From IMG/VR virus record IMGVR_UViG_3300030060_006061, positions 1 to 64,000 of that record: a DNA stretch of 64,000 bases, one strand, 5' to 3'. Made by a program: the position numbers and the translations under genes. The notes below the pieces were generated by a model. It ran no database searches. It was not told where the DNA came from and was given only the letters and a program-made list of their open reading frames with translations. This stretch comes from an uncultured virus (IMG/VR IMGVR_UViG_3300030060_006061) (taxonomy: Duplodnaviria > Heunggongvirae > Uroviricota > Caudoviricetes). Shown one piece after another: positions 18,328-27,897 of the stretch (positions within the stretch are counted from its first letter, which is position 1; each line of letters starts with the position of its first letter).

Positions 18328-18626
18328 GTGAAATAAAAGCGGAAGATTATTCTTGTGAGGTCTTACTCGAACAGACCACACAGGAAAAAGCGAAGGACAC
18401 TTCTTTCCCGACTGATGCGTATAATGTAACTTACACAGTAGATGGAAAGGATATGTTAGATGTATGTCGTGCACAGAAAAAAGCTGACGTATTTGATCTA
18501 TACTATGACAAATACAAAAATGTAAAAAGTATTGAGTATGGATCGGGAACTATCTCACCGAATCGTTTTGGTTTAAAACCACCACCAAAGAAAAAGAAAA
18601 CGAGAGGTAGTAATGGACAAAGATAA
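18324..18626 (+). CDS. Hypothetical protein
   Basis: 100-aa coupled ORF. Confidence 0.7.
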   Translation: MSEIKAEDYSCEVLLEQTTQEKAKDTSFPTDAYNVTYTVDGKDMLDVCRAQKKADVFDLYYDKYKNVKSIEYGSGTISPNRFGLKPPPKKKKTRGSNGQR

Positions 18627-18888
18627 TTTAAGGGATCAAATCAACGAACTTATTCGTGATGAGATTCAAGAAGTTATCAATGATTATGTTGATGCTCAAG
18701 AAACTACAAAAAAAGCTGGACTAGGGTTCGTTGGTAAAGAAGATGAACAGGAGTTAAAGGTTAACATTCGTAAGAGCGAAGTTGACAAGTTAATGAAACA
18801 ATACAAAAAGATTAAGAAAAAAGAAAGAAACAATCTAAATAAGATCAAAAAACTAGGTTTGGTCGATAAAAACGGTAAACCTTTGTAA
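18613..18888 (+). CDS. Hypothetical protein
   Basis: 91-aa ORF with GAGG RBS. Confidence 0.7.
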   Translation: MDKDNLRDQINELIRDEIQEVINDYVDAQETTKKAGLGFVGKEDEQELKVNIRKSEVDKLMKQYKKIKKKERNNLNKIKKLGLVDKNGKPL

Positions 18889-18891
18889 AAT

Positions 18892-18942
18892 GTAACAAGT
18901 TATACCATTCCACTTGACTACATAGTTATGGTATGCTAACAT
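18892..18942 (+). promoter_or_regulatory. NtcA-like box plus sigma70 promoter
   Basis: GTA-N8-TAC at 18892-18905; TTGACT(18914)-17nt-TAACAT with extended TG. Confidence 0.6.
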
Positions 18943-18949
18943 ACCTTTA

Positions 18950-19036
18950 CGTTCATCCCACTAGGGACGCAAGTAAGCCGACACGGAACGGACTCGTTCA
19001 TCTTCTTTGAAGACGCAAATGTTGACCGAAGGAACG
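18950..19036 (+). ncRNA. Tandem glutamine riboswitch aptamers (glnA/downstream-peptide class)
   Basis: Two units CGTTCATC-hairpin-GACGCAA...GGAACG at 18950-18990 and 18995-19036, each closed by CGTTC/GAACG. Confidence 0.8.
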
Positions 19037-19068
19037 GCATTTAATTGCCCACTACGGAGGAAAAACCA

Positions 19069-19212
19069 ATGGCAAAAGTCACTTATCGCGGAGTCGAATA
19101 TGACTCTGAAGAATACAACACTAAAGTTGTTGCAGAAGCAGCACAGCGTGAAAGACACGATCTAATGTATCGCGGTCTAAAGGTTAAAAGCAAGGCATCA
19201 CCTTGCAGCTAG
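19069..19212 (+). CDS. DUF4278-type peptide, related to IF17/GifB-like N-terminus (not in ORF track)
   Basis: MAKVTYRGVEY...LMYRGLKV, two YRG motifs; GGAGG RBS. Confidence 0.85.
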   Translation: MAKVTYRGVEYDSEEYNTKVVAEAAQRERHDLMYRGLKVKSKASPCS

Positions 19213-19216
19213 CAAC

Positions 19217-19244
19217 AAAGGGGGGTTTACACCCCTCTTTTTTT
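19217..19244 (+). terminator. Terminator
   Basis: AAAGGGGGG-TTTACA-CCCCTCTTT plus T-run. Confidence 0.8.
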
Positions 19245-19274
19245 ATACTATAATAAATAAAATGAAAAGTTTTC

Positions 19275-19436
19275 ATGGACAAAGGAAAATTAAAAGTCTT
19301 AGTCATGGCTCTTAAGGAGATTGTTGAAGAACTAGAGAGCGAAGTATATTCCGATGTGGATGCTTACAAATCTCCTGCGACTTTTTCATCTGCACCGATG
19401 AATTATGATGAGATGTTTGATGATGGTTCAGATTAA
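19275..19436 (+). CDS. Conserved cyanophage hypothetical protein (not in ORF track)
   Basis: MDKGKLKVLV...LESEVYSDVDAY, 53 aa; TAATG-coupled to thyX. Confidence 0.75.
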   Translation: MDKGKLKVLVMALKEIVEELESEVYSDVDAYKSPATFSSAPMNYDEMFDDGSD

Positions 19437-20068
19437 TGTCAGTATCACTTATCAGTATTACTCCTGACGCTGAGAAAACGATGGCACATATTGCCAGAGT
19501 ATCTAATCCAAATAATCAGGATAATCCAAACTATGCAGGATTGTTGAGATATTGTATCAAGCATAATCATTGGTCTGTCTTTGAGCAGTCATCTATGACA
19601 CTTGAGATTGAAACTACAAGAGCAATCGCAGCACAGATACTACGACATAGATCATTTACTTTTCAAGAGTTCTCACAGAGATATGCACAAAGTAATGAGT
19701 TGGGAAAAATAGAACTACCAGATTTAAGAAGACAAGATATAAAGAATCGTCAGAACTCTACAGATGATCTTGATCCGTTTGTGAAACAGAAACTCGAAGC
19801 ACAGATGATAACTCTCTTCAGTTCTGCTCAATCATTGTATAATCAGATGATTAATGAGGGAGTTGCAAAAGAATGTGCTAGAATGGTATTACCTTTATGC
19901 ACTCCCACTAAGATATACATGACAGGTTCATGTCGTTCATGGATACATTACATCGATCTCAGATCAGCACACGGAACACAGAAAGAACACATGGATATTG
20001 CTGAAGCATGTCGTGAAGTGTTTACCGAACAATTCCCTACTGTGTCCGAAGCCCTTGAGTGGGTCTAA
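19436..20068 (+). CDS. thyX: Flavin-dependent thymidylate synthase
   Basis: HWSVFEQ, QILRHRSFTFQEFSQRY, KECARMVLP. Confidence 0.96.
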   Translation: MSVSLISITPDAEKTMAHIARVSNPNNQDNPNYAGLLRYCIKHNHWSVFEQSSMTLEIETTRAIAAQILRHRSFTFQEFSQRYAQSNELGKIELPDLRRQDIKNRQNSTDDLDPFVKQKLEAQMITLFSSAQSLYNQMINEGVAKECARMVLPLCTPTKIYMTGSCRSWIHYIDLRSAHGTQKEHMDIAEACREVFTEQFPTVSEALEWV

Positions 20069-20092
20069 ATATTTACAAAACTTAAAACACCT

Positions 20093-20335
20093 ATGCCTAC
20101 CTACCCTGTTAAAAACTTGAAGACCGGTGAAACAAAAGAGATCCAGATGTCAATGACAGACTACGATCAGTGGCGAAAGGATAATCCCGATTGGGATAAA
20201 GATTGGAATGCTGGAGTCGCAAACGTCGGAGAAGTTGGAGAAGTTTATGATAAACTTCGCAAGACACATCCCGGATGGAATGACGTATTGCGTAAAGCAT
20301 CCAAAGCTCCCGGTTCTAAAGTAAGACCTGTTTAA
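20093..20335 (+). CDS. Conserved T4-like hypothetical protein
   Basis: MPTYPVKNLKTGE; usual position upstream of phoH. Confidence 0.8.
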   Translation: MPTYPVKNLKTGETKEIQMSMTDYDQWRKDNPDWDKDWNAGVANVGEVGEVYDKLRKTHPGWNDVLRKASKAPGSKVRPV

Positions 20336-20336
20336 C

Positions 20337-21092
20337 ATGCCAAGAAAAAAGAAAGCAGATCAACAGCCGATAGGTGTCGGATTAACCGCAAAACAAATGA
20401 AGAGGAAGAAACCAATCAACGCTGATATGTTGAGAGACATTGAACCTCTTACTGAAAATCAGCAAAAGTTATTTGAATCATACGCTAACGGTAAAAACCT
20501 AATCGCTTATGGTGCAGCGGGTACAGGAAAGACCTTTATAACACTATACAATGCGTTGTGTGATGTATTAGATACCACGACACCATATGAAAAGATATAC
20601 ATCGTGAGATCGCTTGTGTCCACCAGAGAGATTGGTTTCTTGCCCGGAGATCATGAAGATAAATCTTTCTTGTATCAAATACCATATAAAAATATGGTGA
20701 AATATATGTTTGAGTTACCATCAGCAGCAGATTTTGAAATGCTCTATGGTAATTTAAAAGCACAAGAAACTATCTCATTTTGGAGTACGTCGTTTATTAG
20801 AGGAACAACATTTGATAGGGCTATCATATTAGTAGATGAGTTTCAAAACTTGAATTTTCATGAATTAGATAGTATAATGACAAGAGTAGGGGAGAACACA
20901 AAGATTATGTTCTGTGGAGATGCAACTCAGACTGATCTCATCAAACAAAACGAAAGAAATGGTATCGTAGATTTTATGAGAGTTCTTCGTTTAATGTCAT
21001 CAGTTGATATTATTGAGTTTGGTGTAGAAGACATTGTTCGATCTGGTTTAGTTAAAGAATTTATTCTTGCAAAAATGGAACTTAATTTATGA
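20337..21092 (+). CDS. phoH: PhoH-like ATPase
   Basis: GAAGTGKT, IGFLPG, RGTTF, DEFQN, GDATQTD, IVRSGLV. Confidence 0.96.
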   Translation: MPRKKKADQQPIGVGLTAKQMKRKKPINADMLRDIEPLTENQQKLFESYANGKNLIAYGAAGTGKTFITLYNALCDVLDTTTPYEKIYIVRSLVSTREIGFLPGDHEDKSFLYQIPYKNMVKYMFELPSAADFEMLYGNLKAQETISFWSTSFIRGTTFDRAIILVDEFQNLNFHELDSIMTRVGENTKIMFCGDATQTDLIKQNERNGIVDFMRVLRLMSSVDIIEFGVEDIVRSGLVKEFILAKMELNL

Positions 21093-21772
21093 ATTTTATT
21101 CATCATAATTATCTGGGTGATCTTGAATTACAAAAAAAAGAAACTAATGGCATAAGACTTTATAATCTTCCGAGTGGAGATTGGGTTCCGTCGATTACTT
21201 CTGTGACATCCTTTTATAATCGTCAGATCTTTGCTGATTGGAGGAAGAGAGTTGGTGTTGAAGAGGCAAATAAGATTACAAGAAAAGCAACTGCTCGTGG
21301 CACAGATTATCATGAGGCAGCACAGAACTATCTGTTAAATCTTGAATTGAAATGGGATGACTATCAGCCTCTCACAAAGTTCATGTTTTACAATACTCTA
21401 CCATATCTGGACAAGATAAATAATATACACGCTATCGAGAGGACTCTTTACTCAGAATACCTCGGTCTTGCCGGTAGAGTTGATTGTATCGCAGAGTATG
21501 AAGGGGAACTAGCAGTAATAGATTTCAAAACTTCAACTAAGATTAAACCAGACAACTGGTGCACAAATTACTTTGTGCAAGAAATGTTTTATGCAGCTGC
21601 GTACTACGAACTAACAGATATCCCTGTTACAAAGTTAATTACAATAATGGTAACTCCTGACGGAGAGGTAAAAGTATTTGACAAACGTGACAAAGGGGAC
21701 TATATTAAATTATTAGTTCGTTACATTAAAGAATTTGTATCTCACAATACTGGGTCGCCAAATGGACAATGA
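21089..21772 (+). CDS. PD-(D/E)XK exonuclease
   Basis: PSITSV, RGTDYH, AGRVDCIAE, IDFKTS. Confidence 0.88.
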   Translation: MNFIHHNYLGDLELQKKETNGIRLYNLPSGDWVPSITSVTSFYNRQIFADWRKRVGVEEANKITRKATARGTDYHEAAQNYLLNLELKWDDYQPLTKFMFYNTLPYLDKINNIHAIERTLYSEYLGLAGRVDCIAEYEGELAVIDFKTSTKIKPDNWCTNYFVQEMFYAAAYYELTDIPVTKLITIMVTPDGEVKVFDKRDKGDYIKLLVRYIKEFVSHNTGSPNGQ

Positions 21773-22019
21773 ACTAGAAAAAGCATTCGAGGATAAGTTT
21801 TATTGTCCTGCTCGTTTCGCACAAGAAATTGAAGGTCTTGTGCAATCTCAGGAGGAGATGAATTACATCGATGCAATTGTCTATTTTTGCGATCTTAATT
21901 CCATTGATCTTGAATCAGTTCCAAAACTGATATCAAAACCATTAAAAGAAAAACTAAAGTATGAGGCTCAAGAACTCAACTTTTTAAAAAGAACTTCAAG
22001 AGCAAAACTCGTTTTCTAA
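21762..22019 (+). CDS. gp33: Late promoter transcription co-activator gp33
   Basis: YIDAIV...KLISKPLKEKLKYEAQELNFL; synteny. Confidence 0.88.
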   Translation: MDNELEKAFEDKFYCPARFAQEIEGLVQSQEEMNYIDAIVYFCDLNSIDLESVPKLISKPLKEKLKYEAQELNFLKRTSRAKLVF

Positions 22020-22198
22020 TGAATGATCCTGATGATAATCCCTTTTGGGGTGAACCAACTCCCTCTGATTTATGGGAGGATATGGCCAAACTTAATGCAT
22101 TGTACGAAGAATTGAATTGGGGCCATCGTGATTACCTAGAGTTTACAATTGAAGGAAATCATATTACAATAAGGAATAAATCCAGAGAAGGAAGGTAA
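22019..22198 (+). CDS. Hypothetical protein (not in ORF track)
   Basis: 59 aa MNDPDDNPFWGEPTP...; TAATG coupling at both ends. Confidence 0.7.
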   Translation: MNDPDDNPFWGEPTPSDLWEDMAKLNALYEELNWGHRDYLEFTIEGNHITIRNKSREGR

Positions 22199-22788
22199 TG
22201 ATGCCGTTTGATGCCTACCGTTGTTATTTGTCATTAAAAAATCACTTCACAAAAGACCACTATGATTACCATAAGTATGGTGGTAAAACAAGAGCAACCA
22301 AAGAGGCCTTTTATAAAAGGAAGGATCGTTTTTGGTTTGAAAGATTCGCAAGACAGAAGAATGATAAAGAGGTCGTAGACTTTTTTGTATCTAATTTTGT
22401 TTCATGCTCTGATCCTGAGAGTATGTGGATTGGAGAAATGATAAAAGAGGGAGAGGGAAGATATACTGATTGGAAAAAGAAAGTGCAATCACTATCATAT
22501 ATTTTTAAAGAAGAATCTGAAAGCCTGTTCACTGACAATAAAGTGAATGATGTCTTTGATTGTAGTAAAGGTCATCCAATTGTATTAAAGAAATTTTTAG
22601 GTGGTAATATCAGTATTGAAAGTATGGTAATCTATGATAGAATACTGGGGTATGGGAAAGACTTTGATGAAAAGTTGAATGATCCTGTATGGAAAACCGT
22701 CAGTCGAAGGGTAAAGAAGTATTCACCCTTCCTAAATATAGATGTATTCCGCTATAAAAAAATTCTAAAGGGGGTAGCAACTAAGTGA
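22198..22788 (+). CDS. gp59: Helicase loader gp59
   Basis: YLSLKNHFT..YDYHKY; synteny with gp33 and gp32. Confidence 0.9.
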   Translation: MMPFDAYRCYLSLKNHFTKDHYDYHKYGGKTRATKEAFYKRKDRFWFERFARQKNDKEVVDFFVSNFVSCSDPESMWIGEMIKEGEGRYTDWKKKVQSLSYIFKEESESLFTDNKVNDVFDCSKGHPIVLKKFLGGNISIESMVIYDRILGYGKDFDEKLNDPVWKTVSRRVKKYSPFLNIDVFRYKKILKGVATK

Positions 22789-23123
22789 GTTTCTTTGACT
22801 CTGACATTGTGAAAGCTGAGATGTCTGACATCCATCAACTTCAAGAGGAGATTTATTCTTCTGTCATGAAGTTTCCTTATATGAATGTTGCTGATAAAAC
22901 AGAACATATCAATTTACTTTCTGAACTTGTCGAGAAACAAAAAGTCATGTATGCTCGTCTGAAATTATCAGATGACCCTGATGCCGAAAAAATGAGAGAG
23001 GAAATCATGAAGTCAGCACATGCTATGGGTCTTCCCAAGAATGTTGACATGAGTGTGATCTTTAATCAAATGAGTGAAATGATTTCTCTTATGAGAGATC
23101 AGTTTGACATCGGCACATTTTAG
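22785..23123 (+). CDS. DUF1825-like conserved protein
   Basis: FFDSDIV...RLKLSDDPDA. Confidence 0.75.
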   Translation: MSFFDSDIVKAEMSDIHQLQEEIYSSVMKFPYMNVADKTEHINLLSELVEKQKVMYARLKLSDDPDAEKMREEIMKSAHAMGLPKNVDMSVIFNQMSEMISLMRDQFDIGTF

Positions 23124-23131
23124 TGTATAAT
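23104..23131 (+). promoter_or_regulatory. sigma70-like promoter for gp32
   Basis: TTGACA-16nt-TATAAT. Confidence 0.7.
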
Positions 23132-23178
23132 AGAGGAGTACACACAAGCCAAATCTAATTTAATCCGAGGTAATCTAA

Positions 23179-24084
23179 ATGTCTTTCGCAGACCTAAAGA
23201 AGCAGTCATCACTAGGTTCATTGACTGCAAAACTTGTTAAAGAAGTTGAAAAAGCGAACACATCTGGTGGAGGTGGAGATGAACGTCTCTGGAAACCAGA
23301 ACTAGATAAAACAGGTAATGGATATGCAGTTGTCCGTTTCCTTCCTGCACCTGAGAACGAGGAGTTCCCATGGGCAAAAATGTACACTCATGCCTTTCAA
23401 GGGCCAGGTGGTTGGTATATTGAAAATAGTCTAACTACAAATGGTCAAAAGGATCCTGTCTCTGACTACAATCGTGAGTTATGGAACAGTGGTAATGAGT
23501 CTGACAAAGATGTCGTACGTAAACAGAAACGTAAGTTATCTTATTACAGTAACATCTATGTTGTGAAAGATCCTACAAATCCTTCTAATGAAGGCAAAGT
23601 ATTCTTATTTAAGTATGGTAAAAAAATATTTGATAAGATTATGGAAGCAATGCAACCAGAGTTTGAAGATGAGACTCCAATCAATCCTTTTGACTTCTGG
23701 CAAGGTGCTAACTTCAAGTTGAAGATTGTAAAAAAAGATGGATATTGGAACTATGATAAGTCTGAATTTGACAAAGTAGGGCCAGTCCTAGAAGATGATG
23801 ATGCTCTTGAAGCATTATGGAAAAGACAGTATTCACTTACTGCGATCACTGCTCCAGACCAGTTCAAGTCATATGATGATCTTGAAAAACGTTTAAAGTA
23901 TGTTCTTGGCAAAAAGCCAGTCAATCGTTACGTTCCTGATGAAGAATTAGAGAACGAAAGTGAAGGTCTTAACGTTGCAGAAAAAGTAGTTACTCAAGCA
24001 GTATCAACTCCTGCAGCAACTACAACTGTTGACTCTGATGAGGATGATGCACTATCATACTTTCAAAAGTTAGCAGATAGTTAA
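23179..24084 (+). CDS. gp32: Single-stranded DNA-binding protein gp32
   Basis: DERLWKP..DKTGNGYAVVRFLP, GANFKLKI, acidic tail. Confidence 0.96.
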   Translation: MSFADLKKQSSLGSLTAKLVKEVEKANTSGGGGDERLWKPELDKTGNGYAVVRFLPAPENEEFPWAKMYTHAFQGPGGWYIENSLTTNGQKDPVSDYNRELWNSGNESDKDVVRKQKRKLSYYSNIYVVKDPTNPSNEGKVFLFKYGKKIFDKIMEAMQPEFEDETPINPFDFWQGANFKLKIVKKDGYWNYDKSEFDKVGPVLEDDDALEALWKRQYSLTAITAPDQFKSYDDLEKRLKYVLGKKPVNRYVPDEELENESEGLNVAEKVVTQAVSTPAATTTVDSDEDDALSYFQKLADS

Positions 24085-24755
24085 GTATATAATCTAATAT
24101 CGTCTCCTTGCACTAAGGTTTCATCCAAGAATTGGGTGGAACCTTCTTTATATTTCATGATTCTTTCTAAATCATCAAACACTATACTTAAGTATATTGG
24201 TTTCAGTAAAAATATTTCTCTCTTTTTATTATTTTCATTCTCTTCAAAAGTATAATTTGTGACAGGTAAAGCTATATCAGTTACTACAACTTGATTTTCT
24301 AGACCATCATCAAAGTAACTTACACTTTGACCAACGCTCACCCTTGTCCCACTAGCTATGATTATATCATTGTTTGATGTCTTTACTTCATTCGCTTCAT
24401 AATGATGAATACCAGAGTATAGGACAGTTTCATTATCATATTTTTCATTTAAATAGGTGAAAAAATCTGCTTGTGAAAGAGGCCATTCACTTTGAACATT
24501 AACTATATTATTTGATAATAATACAACCCAATCTAAAAATGGATCTCCATATATTTCATGGGCAACATTATCAGGTCTATCATCTCCCTGTACAATAAAC
24601 TTTTCAAAGAACGCAAGATTCTCAAAAATATCACCTCTTAATTTTGCTCTTTTAAAGAAGTTTTTTACAACAGAATAATTCTCAGTCTCACGTTGAGTAT
24701 CGTTTCGATTAACGTATAAAAAATCTGGTAGATTGCGAAAGTAAGGATTTGCCAT
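24081..24755 (-). CDS. gp53: Baseplate wedge subunit gp53
   Basis: DRPDNVA..IYG...WVVLLSNNI...WPLS. Confidence 0.88.
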   Translation of the reverse strand: MANPYFRNLPDFLYVNRNDTQRETENYSVVKNFFKRAKLRGDIFENLAFFEKFIVQGDDRPDNVAHEIYGDPFLDWVVLLSNNIVNVQSEWPLSQADFFTYLNEKYDNETVLYSGIHHYEANEVKTSNNDIIIASGTRVSVGQSVSYFDDGLENQVVVTDIALPVTNYTFEENENNKKREIFLLKPIYLSIVFDDLERIMKYKEGSTQFLDETLVQGDDIRLYT

Positions 24756-24756
24756 T

Positions 24757-26226
24757 TTAGAAACCTATCTCCATATCTCCACTATCATCTCCTTCAAGAT
24801 TCTCATAATCATCATTAAATATTGGATCGAGTTCTTGAAATTGGAAAGTTAATTGATATTGCACCATTGAAGTATCATCATATGTCATGTAACTATTTGT
24901 TGGCATGTAATTAACTTCAAAACCTTTTAATGCACACTCTTTGATTCTTGGTAAAAATTGATGACTCAGTAAAGATCCATCTAAAAACTCTAAACGATAT
25001 GTATTTGGAGCGTGTAAGAATATACCAACATCATCTCTTTGAACTGCCATTGATTGTTTAAACATTCTTATTATTTTTTTTACATTATCTGATTCTTTTT
25101 GATCTCTTGGTGATAAAACATACTGAAATGTAAATGGACGAAGTGTTGGGCCTGTGAATAAAAGTTGTAAATTATTATTGAAAATTTTACCTTGAGTTCT
25201 AGCTAGTAAATTATTTGCATCTTTACCTACGGCAGATCCAATGAGTAGATTTGCAACAGCATCAGGAACTTGACCACTCTCTGCTGCGGTTCTAAGTGTG
25301 GTTGCCATTGCATCTCCACCATCCATCTTTCCATCATTCAAGAGAGTTTTAAGTGCGACGTTTGCTCCCGCTAACTGTAGAGGATTTAATTTATCCTCAC
25401 CATATGTTACTAAGTTAGCATCAGTTACTCCATCTGGTATTGGTAAAACAACAGCACCGATTGCTTTTTTATCTGCAAGTGCCCCTCTCTGTTGTTGAAA
25501 TGGACTTCCACCTTCAACTCTAACTTCAGTTAAATTTTTATCTGCTATTACTCCACCTAATCTTCTCATTTTTATTTTATCTACAAATAAATCACCACCA
25601 GTTTCAGCTGGTTCAAATTTCAAAACACTAATCCTTAATTTATCTTGGAAAAAATCAGTTATACCAGTTGGAAATTCAAGAGTTGTGCTGTATTTTTTTC
25701 TTGCCTTTATAGTTGCTGCCTTACTTGTTATATCTGATAAATCTTGAATATCTCCCTCTCCACCATCTCCTTCTGGTCTTGGTTTATTGTATATCTTTTC
25801 ATATGGATCACCGGGTGGAGTGGGTTTTCCTGCTTTTTCCCACTCATCCGATGCTATCTTCTCAGAAGTTTTAATTATTTTATCCGCTTTATCTTTATTT
25901 TTAAAGTACTCTGTTTCACTCTTTGTAGCGTTAGGTTTTCCATTTCCTTCATCAATCGCTGGTTGAAACTCACCATTCTTATCATAAGTGCCTAATACAT
26001 CATCATTCCTAAATTGACCGGCTCTGTAGACAGTTACTGCACCAGTTTCTTTATCAATACGAGTGTAATATTGTCTCTCACCACCTCTTCCCGGGCCAAT
26101 ATTTCCATTTTCTTGATCTTTAGTTCCTTGCACGGCCTTAAATCCGGGATCGAATCTAAATTTTCTATTACCCCAAGTGTCTGATGTAGACACTTCATCT
26201 AACCCCAATTCTCCTAAGTTTGACAT
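24757..26226 (-). CDS. gp48: Baseplate tail-tube cap gp48 with N-terminal extension
   Basis: LLFTGPTLRPFTF...IIRMFKQSM...LTFQFQELDPI. Confidence 0.8.
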   Translation of the reverse strand: MSNLGELGLDEVSTSDTWGNRKFRFDPGFKAVQGTKDQENGNIGPGRGGERQYYTRIDKETGAVTVYRAGQFRNDDVLGTYDKNGEFQPAIDEGNGKPNATKSETEYFKNKDKADKIIKTSEKIASDEWEKAGKPTPPGDPYEKIYNKPRPEGDGGEGDIQDLSDITSKAATIKARKKYSTTLEFPTGITDFFQDKLRISVLKFEPAETGGDLFVDKIKMRRLGGVIADKNLTEVRVEGGSPFQQQRGALADKKAIGAVVLPIPDGVTDANLVTYGEDKLNPLQLAGANVALKTLLNDGKMDGGDAMATTLRTAAESGQVPDAVANLLIGSAVGKDANNLLARTQGKIFNNNLQLLFTGPTLRPFTFQYVLSPRDQKESDNVKKIIRMFKQSMAVQRDDVGIFLHAPNTYRLEFLDGSLLSHQFLPRIKECALKGFEVNYMPTNSYMTYDDTSMVQYQLTFQFQELDPIFNDDYENLEGDDSGDMEIGF

Positions 26227-26240
26227 TATAAACTAACTTT

Positions 26241-26585
26241 TTAGTTATTTAGGAACTTTGCATATGGAATCGCAAGAAGATCATCAAGTTCATCTGAATT
26301 GACTATGTATAATTGTCCTGCAAGTTCTGCCCATGTATAATTACGATACTCTCTCCAATGAAAATTCAACCCACGAAAACCCCATGAAAATAAATCAGTG
26401 CATGCTATGAGAGGGTGTTGATCATATGTTATGTTTGGAGTTTTAGGATTATAAACAAAGGTATAAAAATTACCTACATCAGGAACTGGTGTAACTGTTC
26501 CTCTTAAAATCTGCATGATTTCTAACATCATGTCTTCCGGATCATTCGTTCGATTGTTTATATCATTACCCTCTAATCTACTCAT
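26241..26585 (-). CDS. gp2: DNA end protector gp2-like
   Basis: YDQHPLI...FRGLNFHW; synteny with gp4. Confidence 0.7.
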   Translation of the reverse strand: MSRLEGNDINNRTNDPEDMMLEIMQILRGTVTPVPDVGNFYTFVYNPKTPNITYDQHPLIACTDLFSWGFRGLNFHWREYRNYTWAELAGQLYIVNSDELDDLLAIPYAKFLNN

Positions 26586-27025
26586 CGGATCCCTAATTCT
26601 TTTTCTGTAACGACTTTGAATTCAATACGATGATCATCACAGAATTCTTTTGCTGCCTTCCATTTAGCCTGATTTACAGCATAAGTAACACACTCAGTTA
26701 TATATGATTTAGTTTTTCTTTTTCGAGGTTTTGGTGGCATTGTTTGCTTAAGAGGTTTTACTTCAACCACATAAGTTTTTATTTGATTATCTTTTTCTTT
26801 GACTTTAATTAGATAGTCTGGATAGTATTTGTGTACACGATTATCTTTTGGTGAGACATATGGTATGCTAAACTCCTCTGATGCCCATGACACAATGCTA
26901 TTATTCATATCACACCATTGACAAAACTTTCTCTCCCAACTACTACGACATATTATCATCTTCGAGTTACCCTTATACTTGTGAGGGTACACAGGAGTAT
27001 ATTTACTTTTAATACTCTCGCCCAT
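26582..27025 (-). CDS. gp4: Head completion nuclease gp4
   Basis: RSSWE, WASEE, YYPD, EVKP, NQAKW; minus-strand TATAAATA at 27055-27062. Confidence 0.9.
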   Translation of the reverse strand: MGESIKSKYTPVYPHKYKGNSKMIICRSSWERKFCQWCDMNNSIVSWASEEFSIPYVSPKDNRVHKYYPDYLIKVKEKDNQIKTYVVEVKPLKQTMPPKPRKRKTKSYITECVTYAVNQAKWKAAKEFCDDHRIEFKVVTEKELGIR

Positions 27026-27063
27026 TACTTGCCTACATAATATACAGGTAAAAATATTTATAA

Positions 27064-27855
27064 ATGGCCGACATACGACCAACGGGTAAAAAAATATCTC
27101 AGGTGAAGAAGGATTTATTAAGTCCTGCAACAACCTCTCATTTTTTAGCGAGTGTTGGATTACCTAATGGTGCTGGTTTAAAAGAAATTCAACAAGAGAT
27201 TGGATTAACTTTTAATTCAGATCAACAAGAGAAACTTAATTTACTTTGCTCAGAGACAGCTCTCCCCGGATCAAGATTGTCAACTGTAGAGAGTCGAAAT
27301 CATTTTCCGGGAGTAAGAGAGAGACACGTATATCGTAGAGAGTTTGATGATGTAATAAATTTAATATTTTACGTAGATGCGGAACAATATTTGCCAATAA
27401 GATATTTTGAATCTTGGATGAATTATATAACTGGATCATCTTTCTCTGATGATAGGGGTATGAATGTAGAAAACCCAACTTTTAGTTATACGATGAAATT
27501 TCCAAATGATTATAAAGGTAGTCTTGAAGTAACAAAATTTGAAAAAAATCTTGAGTTTGGTGGAGTGGGAAGAACAAAAATATTAACATATAAATTTGTT
27601 AATGTTTATCCATTGGCAGTAAGTTCAATGCCAGTTTCTTATAACACATCAAGACTTTTAAAGTGTAGTGTTGGTATGGCTTACACAAGATATTTTGTTA
27701 CAAAAGGAGCAACCGGAAAAGTTAAACCACCATTAAATACACCACCTGATTTTCTAGCTCCGGGTGAAGCAAGAGTAGAGGCTTTTAATAATAATTTAGA
27801 AAACAATCCAGAACTAAAACAGTTTCTCAGTGTTGATTTTAGTGCTGAAAAATAA
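27064..27855 (+). CDS. Tail-tube-like baseplate protein (gp54/gp19-like)
   Basis: LLCSETALPG...YFESWM...YPLAVSSMPVSY. Confidence 0.7.
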   Translation: MADIRPTGKKISQVKKDLLSPATTSHFLASVGLPNGAGLKEIQQEIGLTFNSDQQEKLNLLCSETALPGSRLSTVESRNHFPGVRERHVYRREFDDVINLIFYVDAEQYLPIRYFESWMNYITGSSFSDDRGMNVENPTFSYTMKFPNDYKGSLEVTKFEKNLEFGGVGRTKILTYKFVNVYPLAVSSMPVSYNTSRLLKCSVGMAYTRYFVTKGATGKVKPPLNTPPDFLAPGEARVEAFNNNLENNPELKQFLSVDFSAEK

Positions 27856-27897
27856 TTCTATTTTCGCTGCTAAATAAACATACTGAATTGAATACTT

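Noticed and set aside
18961..19158. Minus-strand 65-aa ORF
   Set aside because: Antisense to the riboswitch and DUF4278 peptide, which have promoter, RBS and terminator support
21089..21772. Cas4-like nuclease as part of a CRISPR system
   Set aside because: Ordinary T4-like cyanophage exonuclease in its usual phoH-gp33 context
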